Assembly (NCBI GenBank): GCA_019113845.1
Contig: DXGQ01000017.1
Span: 36,608 to 68,607 of the forward strand
Direction of reading: 5' to 3'
Length of the DNA: 32,000 nucleotides
DNA from: Candidatus Anaerobutyricum avicola
GTDB lineage: Bacteria; Bacillota; Clostridia; Lachnospirales; Lachnospiraceae
In this document: positions 1 to 9,086 of the stretch, piece by piece
How positions within the stretch are numbered: position 1 is the first letter of the stretch
How the letters are laid out: every line of letters begins with the position of its first letter
Position numbers and translations under genes: made by a program
The notes under the pieces: generated by a model
Databases searched by the model: none
The model's input: the letters and a program-made list of their open reading frames with translations, nothing else
Told to the model about the DNA's origin: nothing

Positions 1-368
1 ATCGCGTAATCCGTGTCGCTTACCCATGGCTGATCGCTCAGATCCGTACAGTACTCATCTGCCATGTTGTAGATATCTTTTGCGTCCGTCATGGCGATGG
101 TGTAAGGATCGGAAGCTGCGTATTTGGATGAAAGATGAGCGGCTACGGTGTCATTGGAGTAATAGACCTCAATGTTAATGTCATTTGCTTCCGCGTAGGT
201 GGCGGCAGCTTCTTCCAGATATTCCTGAATCTCTGTCTTGGAATTAAAGATAGTGACGGTTGTCTTTCCGTCCTCCTCGCTTTCTCCACTGGAGCCGCAG
301 GCTGCCATGGAAAGGGTCATAATACCTGCCATACCGATGACAGCAGCTTTTTTGAATAATTTTTTCAT
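1..368 (-). CDS. Extracellular solute-binding lipoprotein of a sugar ABC transporter, N-terminal part (3' end lies beyond the window start)
   Basis: Absent from the ORF track because no stop lies inside the window. Reverse-strand ATG at 368-366 is preceded by GGAGGAAAAT (380-371). My translation is MKKLFKKAAVIGMAGIMTLSMAACGSSGESEEDGKTTVTIFNSKTEIQEYLEEAAATYAEANDINIEVYY... This is a signal peptide with lipobox LSMAAC, then the usual start of family-1 solute-binding proteins. It lies downstream of the GH27 gene on the same strand. Confidence 0.65.
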   Translation of the reverse strand, partial: MKKLFKKAAVIGMAGIMTLSMAACGSSGESEEDGKTTVTIFNSKTEIQEYLEEAAATYAEANDINIEVYYSNDTVAAHLSSKYAASDPYTIAMTDAKDIYNMADEYCTDLSDQPWVSDTDYA

Positions 369-456
369 GAATTTTCCTCCTTCATTTTTGGTTTTATAAG
401 TATTTCTTTATTCCGTTCGTCTGTCAGATGATCCTTCAGACTTCCGGATAATGAAC

Positions 457-660
457 TTAAGTAAATAATGTACAGCCGATCTCTTTATAATACTGAATCT
501 TTTTTTGTAAATCCTGCTCCGTCACCTCAAAGGCTTTCGCGAGGCAGGAGATGCAGTAGTATTTGGTCGTTCCCCGGTTGATCAGCTTTTTGGTCAGCGC
601 AATCTCATCTTTGGAGACAGCAGTGTGACAGGCCAGGCAGGTGCAGCCGGAATCAGTCAT
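457..660 (-). CDS. Small Cys-rich (putative zinc-binding) protein of unknown function, 67 aa
   Basis: Six Cys are arranged CxCxxC ... CxxC ... C. Its ATG overlaps the stop of the upstream GH27 gene (ATGACTGA on the minus strand, 660-653), the classic translational-coupling arrangement. I do not recognise a named family. Confidence 0.6.
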   Translation of the reverse strand: MTDSGCTCLACHTAVSKDEIALTKKLINRGTTKYYCISCLAKAFEVTEQDLQKKIQYYKEIGCTLFT

Positions 661-1900
661 TGTAATTCACCAGCCTGCACAGATACAGCCGGCAGTCATG
701 AGCCGGAACGGTGACTCTCTGATAATCCCGCACATTTCCGATACATTCGCCGGTGAATACGTCGGTCATCTCAAATCCGTATCCGCTGGAGTAAGGGATG
801 CCTGCGTCTGCAAATGTAAAGAGCATCTCCTGTTCTTTTTCAAACAGATTGTAGTGAGCGACCACAAACTGATTGTCCGACAAAATGCGGATAAAGGAGT
901 AGAGCTGGTCTTTGATGGTGCGTACCGGTTCCGTGCCGTTTTCCCGGTCAGTCTCTTCCGTGGTGGCGCTCCGTCGGGATACCAGATATGGCGGGCGGCA
1001 TTCCGGGTCCTGATTGATGGATATCAGGGCTTTGTTTAATAGAAGTTCCCGCATGGCCGGTGAGATTGTCCGGATATCCGCCCCGATGATGAGCGGAGAG
1101 CATCCAAGACACCAGAGGGAGAACTGCATCCGGTATTCCCCGTCTGTACACGGTTTTCCGATGGCGGCATTTCCCTGATTGTACATACCGACCGTCAGCA
1201 TATCGAGGTCGTTGAAACAGAAAGGAGCCGACTGACAAAGATGCTCCATCTGGGACAGGAAAATGCGGATAAAAGACTGATAGTTATCAAAAATATCCCC
1301 GGTGGAACGATAGGTGTGCGCGCCGATGGAACGCATCCAGTTCCAGGATTCATGAGAGCCCCAGTTGCAGGCGGCGAGAAGAATCTCTCTTCCGCTGGCT
1401 TTCAGCGCCATGCTCATGATCAGATAGCGGTTCTTGCAGTCCGCGTTATCCGGGAAATGACAGAAATCATATTTCAGATAATCCACACCCCAGGAGGCGA
1501 AAAGCTTCGCGTCCTCATATTCATGGTCATAGCTGGAAGGATATCCGGCGCAGGTCAGGATACCGGCGCAGGAATAGATGCCGAACTTCAAGCCCCGGCT
1601 GTGTACATAATCAGCCACCGCTTTCATACCGTGAGGAAACTTCTCCGGGTCCGGAACGAGATTGCCCTCGGCGTCTCTCTCTTTGAGCGACCAGCAGTCA
1701 TCGATGATCAGGTACTCATATCCGGCTTCCAGATAGCCGTCTTTTACCATTGTATCAGCAATTTGGAACATTAATTCTTCTGAGATGTCTTTACCAAAAG
1801 TGTTCCATGAATTCCATCCCATAGGAGGTAGTTGTGCAATCAATTTCTTTATCTCCTCTCTTTTTCTGATATTATAAGCAGAAATGTGAAATTGGTACAT
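653..1900 (-). CDS. Glycoside hydrolase family 27 alpha-galactosidase / alpha-N-acetylgalactosaminidase-like enzyme, intracellular
   Basis: GH27 motifs PPMGWNSWN, LIIDDCW, GVDYLKYDFC (nucleophile Asp) and YRSTGDI (acid/base Asp) are present. There is no signal peptide. No clear SD precedes the ATG at 1900, so the start is the only in-frame Met upstream of the catalytic core. Confidence 0.85.
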   Translation of the reverse strand: MYQFHISAYNIRKREEIKKLIAQLPPMGWNSWNTFGKDISEELMFQIADTMVKDGYLEAGYEYLIIDDCWSLKERDAEGNLVPDPEKFPHGMKAVADYVHSRGLKFGIYSCAGILTCAGYPSSYDHEYEDAKLFASWGVDYLKYDFCHFPDNADCKNRYLIMSMALKASGREILLAACNWGSHESWNWMRSIGAHTYRSTGDIFDNYQSFIRIFLSQMEHLCQSAPFCFNDLDMLTVGMYNQGNAAIGKPCTDGEYRMQFSLWCLGCSPLIIGADIRTISPAMRELLLNKALISINQDPECRPPYLVSRRSATTEETDRENGTEPVRTIKDQLYSFIRILSDNQFVVAHYNLFEKEQEMLFTFADAGIPYSSGYGFEMTDVFTGECIGNVRDYQRVTVPAHDCRLYLCRLVNYND

Positions 1901-2104
1901 GGTTTTATGTTGAGAAAAACAGACGTTATGTGCGATATTTGTGAAATATAGAGAAAATAAAAGTAAAAAAGGTCATTTTTTTCTGTTGACAAAGATTTTT
2001 AAATATGCAATGATATAAATGATTTTAAGAATTTGCCGGAAAGACGGAAGTTTTTCTGACAAGATGTCATATCAGATTATCTTGTCGCTGCGGGCAGCGA
2101 CAGT

Positions 2105-2194
2105 AATCCGGCCGCTGACGGATTTGTGAGTTTACACAGTGTGGCCGGGAAGACAGCGTTTTTACTGTCTGTTATCAGCCGACCGTCTGGGCAG
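2105..2194 (+). promoter_or_regulatory. ZTP (pfl-motif) riboswitch in the fhs leader
   Basis: The 3' element CCGACCGTCTGGGCAG (2179-2194) matches the invariant CCGCCUGGGCA tail with one C->U change. The upstream CTGACGG (2115-2121; consensus CUGGCG) carries the complementary G->A change, so the GACG/CGUC pseudoknot (2117-2120 / 2184-2187) is preserved. CCGGGAAG (2145-2152) resembles the conserved CCGGGGAG. A linker hairpin AGACAG/CTGTCT lies at 2151-2170. The GGGCA tail is also the 5' arm of a terminator. fhs is a classic ZTP-regulated gene. I could not resolve the exact P1/P2 registers by hand. Confidence 0.65.
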
Positions 2195-2220
2195 CTTCTT
2201 TTTTTGAAGTTGCCCTTTTC
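2189..2220 (+). terminator. Intrinsic terminator forming the expression platform of the ZTP riboswitch
   Basis: GGGCAGCTTC (2189-2198) pairs with GAAGTTGCCC (2206-2215), with one G-U pair and a T7 loop. TTTTCTTATTT follows. The 5' arm overlaps the riboswitch pseudoknot strand. Confidence 0.75.
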
Positions 2221-2403
2221 TTATTTATTCAGCCATGCGTTTGCCGCAAAAACTGCAGTGTAAACGTGTTTACAGGATTTTGCTCCTGGACTGTGGCGTT
2301 TAGCCGGAAACTGCGTATTCCGGCTGAATCATAACATTTTTTAGGAAGGCTGATTTCCATAAGAAAACTGTTGATATAAGGATAAAAAGAAAGGACAATG
2401 TTT

Positions 2404-4074
2404 ATGAAAACAGATATTCAGATTGCACAGGAAGCGACTATGCTGCCAATCCGTGATGTGGCTGCAAAGTATGGAATTGGTGAAGATGACCTGGAATTAT
2501 ACGGAAAATATAAAGCGAAGTTTTCCGATGAACTGTTAAAAGAGATTGAAGGCCGCCCGGATGGCAAGCTGGTTCTTGTAACCGCCATCAACCCGACTCC
2601 GGCAGGAGAAGGAAAGACCACGACAAGTATCGGTCTGGCGCAGGCGCTCGCAAAGCTGGATAAGAAATGTCTCCTCGCCCTTCGCGAGCCTTCCCTCGGT
2701 CCTTGCTTCGGTATTAAGGGCGGCGCTGCCGGCGGCGGATACGCGCAGGTCGTTCCGATGGAAGATCTGAATCTGCACTTTACCGGAGACTTCCACGCCA
2801 TCACTTCTGCCAACAACCTGCTGGCAGCTATGTTAGATAACCATATCCAGCAGGGAAATGAACTGCGCATCGACACAAGACAGGTTATCTGGAAACGTTG
2901 TCTTGATATGAACGACCGCGCGCTCAGAAACATCGTCATCGGTCTCGGCAAGAAAGCGGATGGCTTTGTGCGCGAGGATCATTTTGTGATCACCGTTGCC
3001 ACGGAGATCATGGCAATCCTCTGTCTGGCAAATGATATGAAAGACTTAAAAGAACGTCTGTCCCGCATCATCGTGGCTTACGACCTGGACGGAAACCCTG
3101 TGACAGCCGGACAGCTTAAAGCAGTGGGCGCTATGGCAGCTCTGTTAAAAGATGCTATCAAACCAAATCTCATTCAGACTCTGGAGAACACCGGCGCCAT
3201 CGTGCACGGCGGACCATTTGCCAACATCGCTCACGGATGTAACAGTGTCCGTGCCACAAAGAGCGCATTAAAACTGGCCGACATCGTCATCACGGAGGCA
3301 GGATTCGGCGCAGACCTGGGCGCAGAGAAGTTCATGGATATCAAGTGCCGGATGGCAGACCTCAAACCGGACGCTGTGGTCCTCGTTGCCACAGTCCGCG
3401 CGTTAAAATATAACGGCGGCGTGCCGAAAGACCAGCTCTCCACCGAGAATCTTGACGCACTGGCAAAAGGAATCTGCAATCTCGAAAAACACATCGAGAA
3501 CCTGCAGAAGTTTGGGGTACCGATCGTGGTAACACTCAACTCCTTTGTGACAGATACGCAGGCAGAGTACGAATATATCCGCAATTTCTGCGAGGAAAGA
3601 GGCTGTGAATTTGCCCTGTCCGAAGTGTGGGCGAAAGGCGGCGAGGGCGGCATCGCTCTGGCAGAAAAAGTGCTGAACACTCTGGAAAATAAGGAGAGTA
3701 ACTTCCACGTACTGTACCCGGACGAGATGCCGTTAAAAGAAAAGATCAACACCATCGCAAAAGAAATCTACGGAGCAGACGGCGTCAATTTTGATCCGGC
3801 GGCATCCAAGATGCTCGACAAGCTGACAGAGCTTGGCTTTGGCAATCTTCCGGTCTGCATGGCAAAAACACAGTACTCCCTCTCCGACGACCAGACCAAA
3901 CTGGGACGTCCGGAAGGATTCAATATCAATGTTCGCGACGTATTTGTCAACGCCGGTGCAGGATTCGTGGTAGCGCTCACCGGAGCCATCATGACCATGC
4001 CGGGACTGCCGAAGAAACCGGCGGCATTCGGCATTGATGTGGACGACGACGGAAAGATCACGGGATTGTTCTGA
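2404..4074 (+). CDS. fhs: Formate--tetrahydrofolate ligase
   Basis: Full-length match by eye to FTHFS, including the [10 protein letters not shown] nucleotide loop and the start [11 protein letters not shown]. The ORF-track start 2398 sits only 2 nt after the GGA of the SD. The ATG at 2404 has proper spacing to AAAGGA (2391-2395). Confidence 0.95.
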   Translation: MKTDIQIAQEATMLPIRDVAAKYGIGEDDLELYGKYKAKFSDELLKEIEGRPDGKLVLVTAINPTPAGEGKTTTSIGLAQALAKLDKKCLLALREPSLGPCFGIKGGAAGGGYAQVVPMEDLNLHFTGDFHAITSANNLLAAMLDNHIQQGNELRIDTRQVIWKRCLDMNDRALRNIVIGLGKKADGFVREDHFVITVATEIMAILCLANDMKDLKERLSRIIVAYDLDGNPVTAGQLKAVGAMAALLKDAIKPNLIQTLENTGAIVHGGPFANIAHGCNSVRATKSALKLADIVITEAGFGADLGAEKFMDIKCRMADLKPDAVVLVATVRALKYNGGVPKDQLSTENLDALAKGICNLEKHIENLQKFGVPIVVTLNSFVTDTQAEYEYIRNFCEERGCEFALSEVWAKGGEGGIALAEKVLNTLENKESNFHVLYPDEMPLKEKINTIAKEIYGADGVNFDPAASKMLDKLTELGFGNLPVCMAKTQYSLSDDQTKLGRPEGFNINVRDVFVNAGAGFVVALTGAIMTMPGLPKKPAAFGIDVDDDGKITGLF

Positions 4075-4138
4075 AAATAGTGTGCTTTCCGAATGCAATG
4101 TGTTGAGATAAGAAATTAAAAGAAATCATTGAACAGAC

Positions 4139-4172
4139 AAATGGCAGGAACCGTCACATGTTCCTGCCATTT
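4139..4172. terminator. Bidirectional hairpin terminator between convergent fhs and the DUF6273-like gene
   Basis: A 13-bp perfect stem AAATGGCAGGAAC (4139-4151) / GTTCCTGCCATTT (4160-4172) has an 8-nt loop. A/T tracts are built into both ends. Confidence 0.6.
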
Positions 4173-4186
4173 GTGCATCTTATAGT

Positions 4187-5521
4187 TTACTCACTGATAT
4201 CCACCCACATCGCCGGCTTCAGGCTGAAGGTGTCGTCTGTGGCATCGTAGCCATAGTTCATCACCGTTCTGTCCGGATAGACAAAGCTCATGGTGTCTTT
4301 GGAAGCGCCCGGGGTCCTGAGCCACCAACAGGTCTCTGTGTCGTGGAGAATGTCGTGGTAGCGTTCGGCTTCATCGGAGCTTAAAAGATAAACCCGGTCG
4401 GCGGTGTCCTGACCGGCGTCCGTGTTATATACCGGGTTGGCGTCGGCGGTGACGGTCGCGGTCATCAGGGCATTGATCTCTTCTTTGCAGAAGTTTTCGT
4501 TCAGAAAATCGTTGTTAAGCCAGCGGCGGGCGTGGGAGTCCTCCCAGTTGACCGGTTTGTTTTGCTCCTGAAACGGAATACCGCTGATGGACTTATCCTT
4601 AATCAGGAGAGCCTGACTGCCTTCGTTTGTCAGAACGCGCCATTCGAGGTTGGCGAACATGACGATGTCGCCCGGGTCGGTCTGGCGGATATTTTCTTTT
4701 TCCAGAGCGACGAGGTGTTCTCCGCTGTCTTTGTAGTCCTCGCGCGCAAGAGAATAGAAGTTACTGTAGACAGTGTCTAAAGTCTCCTCGTCCGTACTGT
4801 CTGAGGCGGCAAGAGCGGCCTGATATCTCTGTTCCTGATAATCTGCGTATGCGTCGGCATCTTCGCTGCGGTCATATACGATCCGGTAACAGCGCCAGGC
4901 GGTATCATGGTCGCCGATGAGAGAGAGAGCCGCTCCAGCAAAGCGGTAGAAAGCGGTCGTTCTCGAAAAGGCGAGGATGGCGGCGATGACAGCGATAAAA
5001 ATGATGCTTACGAAGAGGCTGTGCCGTTTCATCTCGGCGGCCTTTTTTTCTGCCATCTCACCGCAGGCGATGGACTGCTGTTCGGAATCAGCGCATTTCA
5101 AAAGACGTTCATAAAGTTCCGGCGTGATACGCCGCTCCGGGATCTTATGCCGCAGTTCATGGCGGTGGATCCGGTCAAAGACTGTCTGTGCCGAGTAATA
5201 ATCGTTAGGGGTTCTGGCCCGGTCGCGAATCTGGCAGGCCTCCTCATAAAGAGCGATCTTTCCCTCCGCGCGGGCCGCATATTTCTTTTTGCGGAGCTCC
5301 CGGAGCAGGGGGCGGGCTTTTATATAAGGACGGGCAAGGCGTAGATATTTGATGGCCCGGTGGTAATATTTATCCTGATCTTCATACTGCTTCATATGCT
5401 CGGCGATATTGATATACCGGAGTGCGGTATCATAATTCTGCTGTGCGAGCTCTTCCGCAGTCAGATTCTCATCAGACGTTTCACTCTGGAGCTGGATGTC
5501 TATTTTTTCATCATTTCTCAT
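4187..5521 (-). CDS. Single-pass membrane protein: helical cytoplasmic N-terminal region, TM helix, extracellular DUF6273-like domain
   Basis: The TM segment is LFVSIIFIAVIAAILAF. The C-terminal ~170 aa (FANLEWRVLTNEG..ALLI..., HARRWLNNDFLNENF, DRVYLLSSDEAERY, CWWLRTPG, SLKPAMWV) follows the pattern I associate with DUF6273. The family name is from memory. Confidence 0.7.
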   Translation of the reverse strand: MRNDEKIDIQLQSETSDENLTAEELAQQNYDTALRYINIAEHMKQYEDQDKYYHRAIKYLRLARPYIKARPLLRELRKKKYAARAEGKIALYEEACQIRDRARTPNDYYSAQTVFDRIHRHELRHKIPERRITPELYERLLKCADSEQQSIACGEMAEKKAAEMKRHSLFVSIIFIAVIAAILAFSRTTAFYRFAGAALSLIGDHDTAWRCYRIVYDRSEDADAYADYQEQRYQAALAASDSTDEETLDTVYSNFYSLAREDYKDSGEHLVALEKENIRQTDPGDIVMFANLEWRVLTNEGSQALLIKDKSISGIPFQEQNKPVNWEDSHARRWLNNDFLNENFCKEEINALMTATVTADANPVYNTDAGQDTADRVYLLSSDEAERYHDILHDTETCWWLRTPGASKDTMSFVYPDRTVMNYGYDATDDTFSLKPAMWVDISE

Positions 5522-5596
5522 TGGAGAGCCGTTCCTTTCTTAAAAATGTGATCAGATTATCTTACCATTTTTTCAGGACGAATACAAGCCCGGAAC

Positions 5597-6520
5597 TTAT
5601 GCTCGCTCAGCGAGAAAGGCGTCGATAGCCTCTTTTTCAGGAAGGGAAGGCTGAGCGCCCAGATGCTGTACGGAGATTGCGGCGGCCGCGCTGGCATAGC
5701 GGGCGGAGGAGACGATGTCTCCGGTCTCCGCATATTGTTTTACGAGAACGCCGGTAAAGCAGTCTCCGGCTGCGGTTGGGTCCACGGCGTCAACTTTAAA
5801 GGTCGGGACCATCTCGCAGATGCCCTCGCCGTAGATAAAGGAACCTTTTTCTCCCATTTTCAAAACGACGTATTTACAGCCGGAACGCTCATGAAGAATC
5901 TTGCTGGCGGCGATACAGCTCTCCTCATCTTTCGGGAGGATGCCCACAAGAGCTTCTGTCTCCGTCTCGTTTGGAGAGAGGATGGTGATTCCCTGGAACT
6001 TTTCGATCGGGTAATCCTGCGCAGGACCTGCGTCCAGACAGGTGATCATGCCGCGCTCCTTTGCCAGTGTGAAGGCGCGCAGGTTGCTCTCAAATGGAAT
6101 CTCCAGTTGCATCATGAGAGCGTCATAGGTGTCGTCGGCAAATGCCGCTTCCACGGACTCCGGTGTGGTGTCATTGTTGGCGCCGGTATAGATGGCAAGA
6201 CGGTTCATGCCGTTTTCTTCCAGCATGATGACAGCCATGCCGGTGTTGGCGCCCTCTTTTAACATGAGGTGGGAGACATTGATGCCCGCGCTTTTCAACA
6301 TGCCGAGAAGTGCTTCTCCGTTGGCGTCCTGTCCCAGGGTGCCGCAGACAGATACATTGCCGCCGGCTCTCGCTGCCGCCACGGCAGAATTACTGCCCTT
6401 TCCTCCTCCTGCGTTGGAATACGTGGTGCCCAGAAGACTCTCGCTCGGATGCGGAATCCGCGGCATTTGTAAGATCAGATCCATCATGATGCTTCCAACC
6501 ATTAAAATCTTTGCTGCCAT
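5597..6520 (-). CDS. rbsK: Ribokinase (PfkB family carbohydrate kinase)
   Basis: Motifs NAGGGKGSNSAVAAARAG and DPTAAGDCFTG are present. The start is re-set to Met35 of the ORF-track protein (MAAKILMVGS), whose ATG (6520-6518) is preceded by AAGGAGGGATCAT. Confidence 0.8.
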   Translation of the reverse strand: MAAKILMVGSIMMDLILQMPRIPHPSESLLGTTYSNAGGGKGSNSAVAAARAGGNVSVCGTLGQDANGEALLGMLKSAGINVSHLMLKEGANTGMAVIMLEENGMNRLAIYTGANNDTTPESVEAAFADDTYDALMMQLEIPFESNLRAFTLAKERGMITCLDAGPAQDYPIEKFQGITILSPNETETEALVGILPKDEESCIAASKILHERSGCKYVVLKMGEKGSFIYGEGICEMVPTFKVDAVDPTAAGDCFTGVLVKQYAETGDIVSSARYASAAAAISVQHLGAQPSLPEKEAIDAFLAERA

Positions 6521-6670
6521 ATGATCCCTCCTTAAAAATGATGCTGGCGTCAGAAGATGTTGCCGTGACAAGGGAAAGGCGTGATCTTCTGACGCAGATA
6601 TGAGATTATGTGCATAATGCATAAAAAATCAGCGGTTTTATGCTTATTTTAAAGAAAGAATGTAGAAAAG

Positions 6671-7570
6671 TCAAGATTTCCGGGAAAACATATGATGGAT
6701 GAGCTGTATGAACTGTTTCACCGGCGCGGAGAGATTTTTCTTTTTTTCATATACCATGTACAGGTCCCGCCAGCTGGCGTTTTCTCCCAGATGAAAGACG
6801 AGGAGAGAGCCGTCTTTTTCCTCCTCTGCCACGGAAAATCCGGACATGATGGAGATGCCCAGCCCTTTTCTGATGAAAGACTTTATCATTTCCTGGTCAT
6901 TCATCTGTGCCACTACATTGAGCTCAGACACGGGAATGTGCATCCGTTCCAGAAAGCAGGCGGCTTCTTTTCTCGTGCCGGATTTCTGTTCGCGGAGTAT
7001 GATCGGTTCCTGCATGAGCCGCTCCAGACTGACATGTTCCTCGTGGAGCTTCCGGTAATAGTCATTGGCGGGGGCGGCGATGATGAGCTCATCTCTGGCA
7101 AAGGGGAGAAAGGTATAGTCGGGGAGACTGACTTTTGTTCCCACAAATCCAAGATCCAGATCGTGTTCCTGCATGCGCTCAATGACGCCCATACTGTCGG
7201 ACTGCCAGAGCTCAAACTGAAAGACCGGATATCGCTTTTTGAAGACCGGCAGCACATTGGGAAGCAGGTAGAGGGCGGGGATGGTGGAGGCGCCCAGCCG
7301 GATGGTGCTCACCGGATTCTGGCTGAAATGCTCGTAAATGCGGCTGCGAAGTTGTAAGATCTTCTGCGTTTCTTCATATAAATACTGTCCCTCCTCTGTC
7401 ACCTCGATATGTTTCGTGGTGCGGTTCAGGAGCGTCGTGTTCAGTTCGGTTTCCAGCGCCCGTATGTGGGAGCTGATGGTGGGCTGTGTGAGATAGATCC
7501 GCCGGGCAGCCTCGGAAAAACTGTTCCATTCCACGACGGCGGCAAAAGCTTCCAGTTGTTTGAATTCCAT
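6671..7570 (-). CDS. LysR-family transcriptional regulator
   Basis: It has the N-terminal wHTH MEFKQLEAFAAVVEWNSFSEAARRIYLTQPTISSHIRALE plus a LysR substrate-binding-type C-terminus. It is divergent from the aminotransferase class V gene. Confidence 0.9.
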   Translation of the reverse strand: MEFKQLEAFAAVVEWNSFSEAARRIYLTQPTISSHIRALETELNTTLLNRTTKHIEVTEEGQYLYEETQKILQLRSRIYEHFSQNPVSTIRLGASTIPALYLLPNVLPVFKKRYPVFQFELWQSDSMGVIERMQEHDLDLGFVGTKVSLPDYTFLPFARDELIIAAPANDYYRKLHEEHVSLERLMQEPIILREQKSGTRKEAACFLERMHIPVSELNVVAQMNDQEMIKSFIRKGLGISIMSGFSVAEEEKDGSLLVFHLGENASWRDLYMVYEKKKNLSAPVKQFIQLIHHMFSRKS

Positions 7571-7818
7571 ATATTTCTCTCTTTCTTTTCATTTATCCTG
7601 TTTCTTTTTATATTACTGAAAACGATGAAGAAAATCTACCGATTCTTCAGATGGAATTCCGTATGATTGGCAAGCGAAAAATGTTATACTATATGTAAAA
7701 TTTTTCGGGGATAGATACATACTGTTTTTTCAAAAACATTGTGTGGAATGATAGATCGGTTTCACAGTAGATGAAAAGGGATGCCGACAGTATTTCAGAA
7801 GAGAAAAGGGGAAAAACG

Positions 7819-8958
7819 ATGATTTATTTTGACAATGCGGCGACGACATTAAGAAAACCTGTGGAGGTGGCGGAAGCGGTCAGGGACGCCATCCTTACCA
7901 TGGGAAATGCGTCCCGGGGGGCGCATGACGCGGCGCTGTCCGGTATGCGGGTTCTGTATGAGACGAGAGCTCTGCTCTGTGAAATGTTTCATGGGGACAG
8001 TCCGGAGAGAACGGTCTTTACACAGAATTCTACCATGGCGTTGAATATCGCCATTCAGGGACTGTTCTCACCCGGCGATCATGTGATCACCACGGCGCTC
8101 GAGCATAATTCCGTGCTGCGGCCGCTGTATCTCATGGAGGAAAGAGGGGTATCGCTGACGATCCTGCCGGCGGACGAAAAGGGATGTATCTGTTATGAGG
8201 AACTGGAAAAAGGGATTCGCCCTTCCACAAAGGCCGTGGTATGTACCCATGCTTCCAACCTCACAGGAAATGTGCTGGATCTTTCGAGGATTGGCGATAT
8301 CTGCCACCGGCATGGACTGCTGTTTGTGGTGGACGCATCCCAGACAGCGGGGGTGCTGCCTGTCAACATGAAGGAAAATCACATTTCTGTCCTCTGTTTT
8401 ACCGGCCATAAGGCGCTGATGGGTCCGCAGGGGACCGGAGGACTTCTGGTCAGAGAAGGCGTGAAGATCCGTCCGCTCTTTGCCGGCGGCAGCGGTATAC
8501 ATTCTTACAGCAAAACGCACCCGTCGGAGATGCCCACAGCATTGGAAGCAGGGACGTTAAATGCCCACGGGATCGCGGGACTTCATGCCGCCCTTCTTTA
8601 TATCAAAGGGGAAGGAAGAGAGCGGCTCTATGAGAAGGAAAAAATGCTGATGGAAATATTTTTTGAGCTGGTGCGGGGGATTCCGTCCGTAAAGATCTAC
8701 GGGGATTTCACGCAGAAAGAGCGGGCTCCTATCGTTGCCCTGAATATCGGCGATTATGATTCCGGGCAGGTGAGTGATGAACTTCAGACCCGCTTTGACA
8801 TCGCGACGAGAGCGGGCGCTCACTGTGCGCCGCTGATGCATGAAGCGCTGGGAACGAAAGAACAGGGGGCGGTGCGGTTCAGCTTCTCGCATTTTAATAC
8901 GATGGAAGAGATCCGGCAGGGCGCGGAGGCAGTGCGGATCCTGGCAACAGAGGAATAA
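7819..8958 (+). CDS. Cysteine desulfurase family protein (aminotransferase class V)
   Basis: It starts MIYFDNAATT, has the PLP-lysine context FTGHKALMGPQG and the C-terminal catalytic Cys context ATRAGAHCAPLMH. The start is re-set to the ATG at 7819, 7 nt after AAAGGGG. The ORF-track start 7771 has no SD. Confidence 0.85.
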   Translation: MIYFDNAATTLRKPVEVAEAVRDAILTMGNASRGAHDAALSGMRVLYETRALLCEMFHGDSPERTVFTQNSTMALNIAIQGLFSPGDHVITTALEHNSVLRPLYLMEERGVSLTILPADEKGCICYEELEKGIRPSTKAVVCTHASNLTGNVLDLSRIGDICHRHGLLFVVDASQTAGVLPVNMKENHISVLCFTGHKALMGPQGTGGLLVREGVKIRPLFAGGSGIHSYSKTHPSEMPTALEAGTLNAHGIAGLHAALLYIKGEGRERLYEKEKMLMEIFFELVRGIPSVKIYGDFTQKERAPIVALNIGDYDSGQVSDELQTRFDIATRAGAHCAPLMHEALGTKEQGAVRFSFSHFNTMEEIRQGAEAVRILATEE

Positions 8959-9008
8959 AATGTGTTTTTTTGGCCATATTTTTGTGCGAAGTATACAAAG
9001 AAATATTA

Positions 9009-9037
9009 GTTGCAACGATAAGTTTTATATGATATTC
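9009..9037 (+). promoter_or_regulatory. Candidate sigma-A promoter for the 9087 gene
   Basis: TTGCAA (9009-9014), a 17-nt spacer, then TATTCT (9032-9037) preceded by TGA (extended -10). Confidence 0.45.
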
Positions 9038-9086
9038 TAGTGACAGGGAACTGATAATGTTTCAAATGACAAAAAGGAGTAATGTT

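Noticed and set aside
1986-2020. Promoter for the fhs leader (TTGACA at 1986-1991 with TATAAA at 2014-2019)
   Set aside because: The spacer is 22 nt, outside the functional range, and hexamers at 16-18 nt spacing are poor. A promoter must exist in 1920-2080, but I cannot place it from sequence alone.
6521-6622. N-terminal extensions given by the ORF track for rbsK. The same applies to pckA 11538-11600, the DUF885 gene 13698-13724, metG 13953-13973, tatD 16141-16176, rsmA 16986-17042, the cysteine-desulfurase gene 7771-7818, topB 23076-23141, the ABC_ATPase gene 26979-27050, the secreted-protein gene 9057-9086 and the cupin gene 31470-31493.
   Set aside because: In each case a downstream in-frame ATG has a canonical SD at 5-9 nt and coincides with the start of family homology. 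The upstream start has no SD.
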